NCBI RefSeq assembly: GCF_964204645.1
Contig: NC_134034.1
Location: 11,854,962-11,918,961, forward strand
Reading direction: 5' to 3'
Origin: Tubulanus polymorphus
Lineage: Eukaryota; Animalia; Nemertea
Length of the DNA: 64,000 bases
Shown: piece by piece, positions 23,151 to 34,151 of the stretch
Position numbering within the stretch: the first letter of the stretch is position 1
Layout of the letters: each line of letters starts with the position of its first letter
The notes under the pieces: model-generated
Databases searched by the model: none
What the model was told of the DNA's origin: nothing
Seen by the model: the letters and a program-made list of their open reading frames with translations, nothing else
Position numbers and translations under genes: made by a program

Positions 23151-23246
23151 AATACAATATTACAAAGGTGCCACGACCACAATTTCCAATAATAACGAAC
23201 TACTTGTTATCTTATGCCATTTACACAAGAGGGTTGAGGATTTCAC

Positions 23247-23485
23247 TATTCCCGAAGAAGTCTGATATAGTCAAAACATCGAATTAAGTATTAGCTCAAG
23301 CGAAAACATTTCGGACTCTGATTTCTGATTCTTAATGTGGGACTCTCGATATTTTCATTAAAACACGGAAGATGACTATTAGGTTATAGTCGAAACATTA
23401 AGTAAACTACACTAGCTCACATTTCGGAATCTATTTTTACATTATTAGTACATCACCACAGCACGGACTCAAGAGTGTTTCGTTA
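23247..23485 (+). mobile_element. Two tandem degenerate hammerhead/Penelope-like units (same family as 18.3 kb)
   Basis: tattcccgaaga...tagtcaaaacatcgaat (23247-23285) and gaagatgactattaggttatagtcgaaac (23368-23396); tail cggactcaagagtg shared with 18462-18477. Confidence 0.6.
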
Positions 23486-23875
23486 ATGATTATGATGTCA
23501 ATCGTTGTCGCGAACACGTAAATTACACCAGTAGTCGTCTGCTAGCGATAGACGATTATTAACGGTCGAACGGACGGCGTATTTCCCAGAGTCGAGACTT
23601 CGGCAAACAAATATCGGCGCAGTAACGAGCTAAGACAGTAACCAATCTAGATGTATTAGTGGACATACTTCATTAGAGGCCACCGCGGAATACTAGGCTA
23701 TCAGTAGAGGTTCAAGTCTGGGGATTTCTTTTCCCAGATCTCCAGATCCGCAGTTGTGATTCGTGTTGACCGTAGTTAATTTTCGATGAGTTGAAATAAC
23801 CTTATTTTCAATGACGACTCGACTGCCGAGTCAAATTGCATCTCACGACTTTGGAACCGGGTCCTAACTAATCTC

Positions 23876-24035
23876 CAAGTTGAGTTGAAATCTATTTTTG
23901 TAGCGCATACACAGCACAAGTTGAGTTGAAATCTATTTTTGTAGCGCATACACAGCACAAGTTGAGTTGAAATCTATTTTTGTAGCGCATACACAGCACA
24001 AGTTGAGTTGAAATCTATTTTTGTAGCGCATACAC
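23876..24035. repeat. 41-bp perfect tandem x4
   Basis: caagttgagttgaaatctatttttgtagcgcatacacagca. Confidence 0.9.
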
Positions 24036-24139
24036 TTGTGATGTACAGAGTGGAATGAATATAAATTTAAAACCCACTGCATACAGGAATTAAGATATTC
24101 AAAATACGAATTTCATCAAACAAGAATTAAAATCGAAAT

Positions 24140-24182
24140 ACACGATGCGTTTCGAAGTCTCGCTAGGGGTCATCGTCAGGTT
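24140..24182 (-). mobile_element. Degenerate hammerhead remnant related to the 49.9-kb family
   Basis: Minus strand cCTGACGAtgacccctagcgagacttcGAAACgcatcgtgt. Confidence 0.5.
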
Positions 24183-24359
24183 CTACCTGTCCTAATAGCC
24201 GTTTAAGAAAATCTCTAATAGCTGGTCATTCCAAGTTGCAAGGGTCATGGCTCAGATTCAAGACCAGCCCAAGACCAATTTAGGGAACGATTTAAGAGCA
24301 ATTTCGGACTTCGTCAATAGTCTAACCTACCGCAACGAATGGTAGCTAAACGATGAAAG

Positions 24360-24408
24360 AAAAACAAACAAAAAACTGCTGTTAAATCTAATGATGCAAC
24401 ATTTTATT
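24360..24408 (-). terminator. Minus-strand polyadenylation site
   Basis: AATAAA (24408-24403) followed about 25 nt later by a U/GU-rich tract (24376-24360). Confidence 0.5.
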
Positions 24409-24493
24409 GATTATTTCAGCATTTTTAAAATTATTTGCCAACTACGATCAGTATTACATCGAGGAACTACATAATTATACAATCATAAACAAT

Positions 24494-24503
24494 GTCACGT
24501 GAC
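24494..24503. promoter_or_regulatory. Perfect CLEAR-type palindrome GTCACGTGAC about 1.5 kb upstream of ATG9A
   Basis: Exact match to the MiT/TFE (TFEB) consensus; function inferred only. Confidence 0.4.
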
Positions 24504-24813
24504 GTCTGTATCATTACCACAGCGACAATTATTTACAAACTTTCATTAACAAAAACTCAATCATTTAAGTTTCACGCTTTACAAGAATATAAATATTTTT
24601 TCGCTTGATAAATCGAACAAATCTATTGCGATAGAAAAACAAGTGCTCAGAGGAAGAAAGACCAGTTGTAGTTTTAGGTAACAATTCTAACCTGACCGTT
24701 TTGCAAGGGAACCTCGTAATCGATTATTACAAACTCGAGTTTTTCGAGTCACAAATAGGATGATTTCAACAATTTCACAATATAACGAACTATCGGTTAG
24801 ACTTTCTGGTGGC

Positions 24814-24927
24814 CAGGGTCCAGTTCCACAGTTGTGAGTTAAGATTTGACTCTAGAGTTAACTCATTGAAAATGAACTGATTTAACTCAGAGTTAACTCT
24901 AACTCACAACTGTGGAACTGGGCCCTG
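24814..24927. mobile_element. 114-bp palindromic MITE (possibly PIF/Harbinger-like), parent of the AACTGTGGAACTGG minisatellite
   Basis: TIR CAGGGTCCAGTTCCACAGTTGTGAGTT / AACTCACAACTGTGGAACTGGGCCCTG; core CATTGAAAATGAAC; other copies at 1642-1755, 48836-48950, ~6873-6975 and ~10286-10390. Confidence 0.8.
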
Positions 24928-27369
24928 AAGTTTTTGTAACAAGGTTAAATAAGCACGCTAGATCATTATTGCGGTTGACGCTAACTGATACTCGATTACA
25001 ACAACAATGACAGACTAGTAACAGTTCAACAGATTGCGTCGATAAAAATATTTTTTCTCCAATAATCTATAGACTGATAGTAGAGTACAGGAGAACCTGC
25101 TAGAGGGGTACAGCTTCACGAAACTAATCAAGTACAAATCTTAATTGGCGAATTCATTAGATTGAGAGAGGACAGTTTAGCAATAAGCAATTAGGTCTGA
25201 TCACAATTCGCTTCATTTGAAACAGGCCTCTGGATTCATCAGGTTTCGACGAACAAATTTGATGAGTTGTAATTGAGCGTTTTCGCAATTTTAACAAGCA
25301 TCGATTTGTTCCCGAAACCCAGGGCCCTTAGGTATTGAATTATTTCCAGGGTAGCTGATAACGCCCGACGGCAATGAGAAAATACAGTAAATTCTCAGAT
25401 CACACACGTTGGAAAAATGAGTTTGAAAATGAGACAAGTTTCGAGACAGATAAGAGAAATTATTTTCAATATAAATATCGTGTAAAACATTTGAAATCGA
25501 AGCACAGTAGACTCTGCTTCACTCACTGCGTTTGGGATCCAAACGATCAATTAAAAATATGATCTACTAGAGTGATAAATTAAGTTCTCTAGGATATAAA
25601 GCAGTTGAAATCAGATTTATACAATGAGACAGTACAGTTCCACAGTTGTGTGAGTTTAACTATGGATTGATTTCAGTAAATTCCAGCAGGGAAGCGTTTC
25701 CCCGATTCCGGTAAGTTTAGGTACAATACTTCAGTTCATTGTACTGCTGAACTGTAGAATCAGTTTTTAGAACCTGAGACCTCTTTTAGAGAATTACGGT
25801 CAGTAGAGGATTACGAAGTCTAAACCTGCAGTTGATTGATATCAAAACGTTTATTGTCTGACAGTTTTGGAGTTTATCAGAGAAAGCAAAATCGATTTCA
25901 CCTTTGAATATCAACTATGGATTTTACGTTTCAATATCAACAGTGGGTTTTTACTTGTTAACTCTAAACATTGAGATAAATATCGGTCTTCCAGTCATTA
26001 CGAAGAGTGATTTATTGCATCAGATTCAGCTATCGACGATTAATCTGAAGATGTAATCGTCTGTCATACGAGTAGAGAATCCGACAGCCTGAAGGCTACG
26101 ATTCACTTGATATTGATCACGAACGTGCGCCGCGCGGACAGCGAATTCCGGGCGGTTTCCGAACCGCCGGAAAAACTTATGTTTACCATCGTCGATATTA
26201 TGCGTCGATGAAGCTGAGTAAATAAGGAATAAACAGGTGGTAGATATGTCTACGAGGAAGACTCCCGTTGGGGCTCCATATCGAATATTGAATACAAGCG
26301 ATAGAATTCTATATCTGTATACGGTAGACTTCCCTCTAGTCGGATCCTATCGATTGAACTTGTATTTAACTGTTTAGCTCAAATGTTTATTGTCCGTTGA
26401 ATCCAATTAAGACGTAGCTATAGCGCTCAAGTTGCACGCACATCCATGGTCCAGAAGGATCATCCACCCTGAGCAGAGTCTACCGATTTACAGGGTTCAA
26501 GTTCGCTAGCGTGGAACCAGTTCCACAACGGGATATTGACAAAGCTAAGATATTGCGGCGCCATCTGGCGTGTGCCGATATCCCATTGAAAGTCGAATGT
26601 GACTACTGAATGAGCGAGATCTCGCTCGACTCACAACTGCGGAACTGGATCCCGATGAAATTTCAATTAAATTTCTTTTCGATCATCAATCATATCAACT
26701 TCATTGAAATATTGCAATTTTCCCGAAGTTCTCATTTCATAAATGCAAATGTGAAACATGAATGCCATATATACATGTATATGCAATCAAAAAAGCAATG
26801 ATGTCTATATGTATGTTTCAGCGAAAACCCACAGTACAAATCTGAACAACAAATATTGCTTTGTTCCTCATGTTTCCGGTGGAATACTTCCACCCATCTT
26901 CCGAGCTTTCCACCCGAAATGTAAGGAATCACTAGAATGTCGCTGAAGATGACTGAAACGCCTAAGTGTAAAATACACCCTGAGGGTGTGGGGGCATTAA
27001 AACAATAGTTGTTTAGATTTGTATTCAGGGTTTTCTCTTAATGATATTCAACAAGACTGGAACTAGTCTCAACTATTTACAATTAAATATCTACCGGGTG
27101 AATATGTATTGGTACAACAGGAGTAGGAGTATTATAACGATACAGACCTCAGTTCCACAATCAACTGCGGAACCAGGTCCTGAATTACATGCATTGATTT
27201 ATCCTACTCATACAAGTCGGTAGAATACGTCAAAAGCTGCAAGAAAATATGAGAAAAACACTTGAACATATTGCAATATTCTTCAAAAAATTTTTGTCAA
27301 GATTTTTCGAAATTTGGATACAATTTCTCGTGTTTTTTTTTGTGGAAAATGATAAGTAATCCATTCTTA

Positions 27370-27510
27370 GATAATTCATTCAGGTACCCGGGCAGTTCAT
27401 ATCTAAAATCTAATATCCTTTTTTTTGATAGGAAAGTGCCCCATTTTCATGGTGATAGTCCCCCTTTTCTCGAAATAGAAGTACCCCTTTAAAAAGTTCA
27501 GCACGGGCCT
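27370..27510 (+). repeat. Dispersed transposon end (also at 52676-52962)
   Basis: Shared attcaggtacccgg and ttctcgaaatagaa...cacgggcctg. Confidence 0.55.
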
Positions 27511-27924
27511 GGCGCCTACTTATATTTGCGAGACTCATCGTAAGTTTTTCCTCGCCAATAATGTACCCTATAACCCATAAATCTATATCATAAGCCATTT
27601 TCATCGGAGGCGTCGAAGGTAGCACCCGGTTGTTTTCATAGAAAATAATTCGATGTCTAGGTAAAACAGGTAGTGACCGCGTCCTGTAGTACAGGATACT
27701 GAGAACGCAATTAACGATTCATTTTTCATGTCGCGAGATTGTCGTCGACGTTCGTGAAATACGGGCCGATAAAAACCTATAAAACGTCCCTCATGTTTAC
27801 ATTACACGTTTAACGACCTCGGATATCATTAACTCTTTCATTTCACTGTGTGAACTCAGGCGCGAACTCAGCCCTGCAGTTATACTTGAGAAACTCAGAT
27901 GGCTCAACCCAGTCAGCGTTTGTT

Positions 27925-28885
27925 ACGGGTTACCCCTAAAACAGGGTGAATACCAGCTGATGTTACTGGTTACCCCTAGAACAGTGTGAATACCAGCTGA
28001 TCTTACCGGTTACCCCTAGAACAGTGTGAATACCAGCTGATCTTACTGGTTACCCCTAGAACAGTGTGAATACCAGCTGATCTTACTGGTTACCCATAGA
28101 ACAGTGTGAATACCAGCTGATCTTACTGGTTACCCCTAGAACAGTGTGAATACCAGCTGATCTTACGGGTTACCCCTAGAACAGTGTGAATACCAGCTGA
28201 TCTTACTGGTTACCCCTAGAACAGTGTGAATACCAGCTGATCTTACTGGTTACCCCTAGAACAGTGTGAATACCAGCTGATCTTACGGGTTACCCCTAGA
28301 ACAGTGTGAATACCAGCTGATCTTACGGGTTACCCCTAGAACAGTGTGAATACCAGCTGATCATACGGGTTACCCCTAGAACAGTGTGAATACCAGCTGA
28401 TCATACGGGTTACACCTAGAGCAGTATGAATACCAGCTGATCTTACTGGTTACCCCTAGAACAGTGTGAATACCAGCTGATCTTACGGGTTACCCCTAGA
28501 ACAGTGTGAATACCAGCTGATCTTACCGGTTACCCCTAGAACAGGGTCAATACCAGCTGATCTTATGGGTTACCCCTAGAACAGTGTGAATACCAGCTGA
28601 TCTTACGGGTTACCCCTAGAACAGTGTGAATACCAGCTGATCTTACCGGTTACCCCTAGAACAGGGTCAATACCAGCTGATCTTACGGGTTACCCCTAGA
28701 ACAGTGTGAATACCAGCTGATCTTACGGGTTACCCTTAGAACAGGGTGAATACCAGCTGATCTTATGGGTTACCCCAAGAACAGTGTGAATACCAGCTGA
28801 TCTTGTGGGTTACCCCTAAACAGTGAGAATACCAGCTGATCTTACGGGTTACCCCTAGAACAGTGTGAAAATCAGCTGATCTTGT
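27925..28885. repeat. 40-bp minisatellite, about 24 units
   Basis: gggttacccctagaacagtgtgaataccagctgatcttac. Confidence 0.95.
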
Positions 28886-29446
28886 TTGAACAGTTTACCC
28901 TCAGAATAGTCTCAATAGCGACCGCTTACCCCAGGAACAGTTTCAGGACACTGGATCTTGACTTTTTGCTGAAAAGCCAAACTAAAAACTGACAACTAGT
29001 GAACTCGATGTCTAAGTGAGTGAAACATTCTCACTGAGTGAAACCAGGAACATGACGTGTTCAACATGAATAATTAAATAAAAATCCTTGAGGGCACCTT
29101 CCTCGCGATGCGCTTCAAAGACTAGCATCGATGCTTTGAATAAAACAACTTTTCTGATGTTGCCGATGTGACAACATACGTCGTAAAGTAAGTCTTTCAT
29201 CATTTTTCAATTCGGTATAAATTCCACCTGGGTCCAAATCAACTCCGTCTCCTGATCTCACTGATCTCACTGATGCCGTCAGAACAGTAGACGGGAATTT
29301 TCTTCATTGTTATTCGAAATGTTAACCTATTAATCAATCTAAGATCAGTCTATCGTTAGAACATGGGAAACCAAAGTGATTCAAACGTTTCATTCATGGA
29401 GGCAGCTTCAGACGGAAATGTGCCGAGGTATTTTTTCGAGACATTT

Positions 29447-29683
29447 CAGGGGCGGATCTAGGATCTGATTTAGGTAGGGATGCACCCCAAAATAAAGGAA
29501 TATCATAATTGAAAAGGCATCCGAAAGAAAGTTAGGAAAACATTCATAGAAATACGGAGAACAAGACTATGAATTTAAACTTTTAAGTTCAGTTAAATTT
29601 TTCATTTTCCCATTAAATTTCAGGGTAACTTGACATTTTAAAGGATGTGCACCCCCTGCACCCTTCCCTCAGATCTACCTCAG
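29447..29683. mobile_element. CAGGGGCGGATC-type element, 5-bp TSD (cattt)
   Basis: Left TIR intact, right TIR decayed; truncated relative at ~61136-61290. Confidence 0.65.
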
Positions 29684-30409
29684 CATTTTTTCCACCGAAC
29701 AAGAATTTCATGATTTATGTATCGACACACCGTAGGCGTAGGACCGAGCCCCGCAGTAATCTATTAACCCAAACCTGCTGAACCGGGTCCAGAATACCTT
29801 CAAGATAGCAATGAAAGTTCTCTAAATTAGCCGACGGATCGACTACCGTTGTGGGTCTTGAAAGATTAATCTCCCCGTAATTTCGCGAACCACTCTCATC
29901 ACTTGAAAGGGGTCAGTAAGCAGGCCGTCTGGGGCGTTGATATGAATAATGAATAGGTCAGGCACGGGAAGATGAAGCGATCTAATTTCCTGCGTATGAC
30001 GTTTGTATTGATTTATGAATGAACTCAGGAGATTCGTCTGCCACGTCGGTTTTCAGAACGCAGTCACCATCCCCGAAAAACCCCCGCGGGGCGAGGGGGC
30101 TAATGGCTTTCAAGAGTAATCTCAATACTCGCATTAAACGTTTTCAATCCTGCTTATAAATAGTATCAAACAGAATGTTAGATTTCGTAGCCGACGCACA
30201 TGAGCTTTCTATAAATGATCAATGGCAAATAGTTGAGACGAGATAGTTTTACAAATAACTCATTTGACTAGGAAGCTAGTTGCTTGTTGCTTGTTGAGAA
30301 TTTAGCGTAACTCTGTAGTAAATTGCCACAATCAATGATCGAATTTGAACTTGAAAAGTCAAATTTGAAACCCTTCTCAGTAAAGATAAGGAGTAATGGA
30401 TGAAATGTT

Positions 30410-30502
30410 AAGTCCGAAAATGTTCCAAACCCAGTATTCCTAAAGTTGACTATTAGGATAAAGCTGATATGTCGAATAAACTAATAGCTCAAGGAAACAT
30501 TT
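30410..30502 (+). mobile_element. Decayed TATTC-family hammerhead/Penelope-like remnant
   Basis: gtattcctaaagttgactattagg...gtcgaataaactaatagctcaaggaaacattt, preceded by a short inverted piece. Confidence 0.5.
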
Positions 30503-31989
30503 ATATAAACTTAAAATATGGGAATTTTTCCAGATCTAGCAACAGTACAGTGAATAAATTAAATTTTAATTTTTACAGAAATATTCTTTTTTCTTCGAAT
30601 AAAAAAAATATCTTCCAAATTCGGTTTTATGGCACGGTTTCTAGCAGCACATTCTATTGATATGAACGGACATTTTTTTTCAAATTTGTTTAAAAAGCAT
30701 TGAAAAATTCCACATCAAAAACATGCGATTCGTTACTTTAAATATCTTCACTTGCCAGGGTTGAATTCAAACTAAGCAACCTTGCGAAAAGGTGGAAAAT
30801 TTTGCAGGTAAAATATTTTTTTTTGCGAGCGAAATTGTACCGGTTACTATACATACAACATTGAAGGCATGTGTGATGAAAATATGAAAAAAGATGCCAG
30901 GCATGCAAGCGCGACTACTACAGTTCATAATCCTAGATTTTACATTTTTTATGAAACGTTGAAAACGTCGAAGAAGGTTATTTATTCTCGAAAGTATCAG
31001 CGAGTAGTTGACTAAACTATATCAACAAATTCATCAATTCCATTCCAAAAGTGACGAAATTGGAATTTCTTCAGAGATTTTGAGGAATTTCATTTCATCG
31101 ATTTCACAGGTTTTGAGTTAATAAACTTCAGTCAAATACCCGCTGTATACTAAAGCATTAGACAATAGCTACGAGTTATGTTATATCGAGAAAATGAAGC
31201 TTAGATGATGAAAATTAGGACCCAGAACCGCAGTTATTATGGGTTAAATTCGGAGAGACCCAGTGCCACAGTTAACATACATTCAAACACTGGTCAGCTA
31301 ACACAGTTGCAACATAATTTCAAGTTTGCTAGTAGTACAAAATGTTTTCTAAAAATCCATATTCAAGATTTTGGGATAAATAAAAATCGATATTCAAGAT
31401 TTAAACAACTATCAAACGTAAGCCGGCCATCCTTCCTTGATTTCTTGGAGCAGAATGGCACGAAATGCGACGCTATATTAAAAGAAATATCGGCTTCTAG
31501 ATTAGAAATAACACCCACGGCAGCCCTGAAAGGTGAAGGCCATCCTCTGTTATAAAACATAATAAGAAGGAATTATTGTTTACACTGTTGCGATGGTTTA
31601 TTTGTCAGCGCAATGGATTTACGCCGTTATTTTACCGGGGATTCCTAATCGTCGAGATGAATAAAAAGGGATATAAGATTACTAATCAACCACGCGTCGA
31701 GGATTACCGGCAGGCGAGGGGATTCAACCCGGGGGGGATATTCACCCCGGCAGACGCTGAGGAAGTTAACATGGTTAACTGAATATGAGCTAATCCGCGA
31801 CAATGTACTCGACACGATACTACCGATTTTCATAAAAAATGAAACCGAAAACCATTTAAACGTAACATGCGTACATGAAACTACATTGTACATTGTAACA
31901 TGAACGATATCTCGGCATTCAATATTGATTCTAATTTCTAATTCTATACCGGACAAAGAGCCACTGTGGTATTGTGGGCTTATCCTCAC

Positions 31990-32452
31990 GTGGAACTGAG
32001 TTTATGTGTCAAGTTACACAATTGCGGAACTAGATTCAATCAAATTTACCTCACACAACTAGTTCCACAGTCAAATGAAACCTACACAACTGTGGCACTG
32101 GGTCCACAATCAAAATAAACCTACACAACTGTGGAAGTGACTCCATAGTCTAATAAAACCTACACAACTGTGGAACCGGGTTCAGAGTCAAATTAAAGCC
32201 ATACAACTATGGAACTGGGTGCAGAGTCAAAATAAACCCACACAACTGTGGAACTGGGTTCAGAGTCAAATTAAACCCAAACAAATGTGGAACTGGGTTC
32301 AGAGTCGAATTAAACCCACACAACTGTGGAACTGGGTGCAGTCAAATTAAACCCATACACCTGTTGAACTGATTCCATAGACAAATAAAACCTTCACAAC
32401 TGTGGAACTGGGTTCAGAGTCAAAATTAAACCCACACAACCGTGGAACTGTC
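31990..32452. repeat. 39-bp MITE-derived minisatellite
   Basis: aactgtggaactgggttcagagtcaaattaaacccacac. Confidence 0.88.
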
Positions 32453-33147
32453 CACAATTTGACAGTGTAGACTGGCAGTCCTGCAGTGTTGTAGATTCTA
32501 CTTGAAGCTCAATTGCTGTTAGATTCTGAACCCATTTCTCATATGACTTGTTATTAATAATATAGTTAACCGTGGAACTGGGTCGCAGGTATTCTCTAAA
32601 ATTTTTTTCAAAAACTATATTAATATCAACACATCGAATAATAAAATACTTCTCTATCTTATATACAAACTGACACATACAAACACCGAGTGATAATGTA
32701 CGGCAATTAGAATCTAGTAATGAATCTATTTTAACAACTATACGTGTCAGTTTTCTCAAACATTTGAGTATCTTCCCTTCGGATCATAGGCCTGCAAAAT
32801 ATTCATATGAACCAATGGAAAAAACAGCGCAGATAATACCAACGAGCAAACCCCCGTCCTTAACATTTCAATTACTAGTATTTCATGTTTTAACTCTCAG
32901 AAATATCATTTTGATAAGCGGAAATACTATGTAGCAAATACAGGTTATCATCTAAATGCTAAACAATAAACGACCGATACGCCCCCTGGCTGAGATCTCT
33001 TGAACTTCGAATAATCTCAATAAGCTTTTTTCGTGTCAGCAGAAAAAAGATATTTTTTACTATTTTGGAAAAAATGTCCACCGTCATATAATCACCTATG
33101 ACATCATCAATTATCGCCAGACAATGCGTAGAGTGAAACTCAATGAA

Positions 33148-33435
33148 CCCTTTCAGTGCTGACTGATTAATACCCTTTAGTGCTGGTGATAATTTCAAAA
33201 TTTAAAAAAATCCAAACCCAGTGTGTTGAATAATGGGAATACCACTATAGTATGTCTACACCTTGGTGCGGTGTATCGTTAGTTACTAATATTTCACTAT
33301 GTTTGACAGGTGCTGCCATCTTTCAATAGAGATAAAAACTAATTACTAATTACATCAATACACCGCAGTGCAGTGTACTAGCAAAATCCATCACTGATTC
33401 GTACACCGCACTGCAGTGTAGACGCACTGAAAGGG
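33148..33435 (-). mobile_element. piggyBac-type MITE, inverted and more diverged copy
   Basis: Same TIRs and interior in reverse orientation; decayed TSD tgaa/tcaa; flanked by arms of a ctatgacatcatcaa fold-back. Confidence 0.82.
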
Positions 33436-33710
33436 TCAATCCAAAAGATGACTTACACTTGCTTAATTGATTTGAAAATAAAAATTGAGCCTGAAAAATA
33501 GTGATGAATTCAGGAATGTACTAGTTATTACGCTTAGTAAGCAATTTGATGATGTCATAGGGGGATTTACGGAAGTTATCATATTTCTTATTCCGAGAAA
33601 TGGTCGATACAATTTCTCCCCGCCCCCTGAAACAAACCGAAATTGGAATTTAGTCCCAGTTTTGCCGAAATGCGAATTTTTGCCCAAAAATAACTTTTCA
33701 CGTGGTCAGA

Positions 33711-34151
33711 TCAGATATTAGTTTCATCACGCGCGCTTCGATCGGCCATTTTTATACCGACGACAGCGGCGCCATCTACGCAACCGTTATCGACGAGTAA
33801 CGGTCGCAGTTGATCGGCCTTCGAGAACGACGACGTCGCCCGGGTAACGAGCGTATTGTTGCCGCCGAGTTTGCTACTCACGTTTGACGACGATGACGAA
33901 GTTTTGCGATGACGCGGAGAACGCTGCGACGACGCGCCGCACGAGCTACAGTCGGCGTCGTCGTGGCGACGTAGACAGAACACGCAGCAGACGAGCCGTC
34001 GGAATTCGACGCGATATTGACGCATCATTCCGGCGAACACGATCGGGTTCCAAACCGACACGAAAAACAACAGGTAACCAGAGATCGTGTACATCATAGT
34101 ATTTATATTTCCACTTTCAACAACTCCGCTCAGTGTTATAGGCAGCCAAAC
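33711..34151 (-). CDS. GPCR coding exon 2 (end of TM6, TM7, helix 8, Ser-rich tail)
   Basis: Acceptor at 34152, 18 in-frame codons before ORF 33711-34097; NPIVF, helix-8 RQYRVEF, Cys cluster. Confidence 0.9.
   Translation of the reverse strand, partial: VWLPITLSGVVESGNINTMMYTISGYLLFFVSVWNPIVFAGMMRQYRVEFRRLVCCVFCLRRHDDADCSSCGASSQRSPRHRKTSSSSSNVSSKLGGNNTLVTRATSSFSKADQLRPLLVDNGCVDGAAVVGIKMADRSARDETNI

Noticed and set aside
26936-26965. CTGAAGATGACTGAAACG hammerhead-like string
   Set aside because: Stem II absent and no family-specific flanks; could be a deleted relic but cannot be supported.
27925-28885. CRISPR-like regular arrays (also at 11.6, 14.9 and 40.8 kb)
   Set aside because: Units are contiguous near-identical tandem repeats with no unique spacers, no cas genes, and a eukaryotic context.
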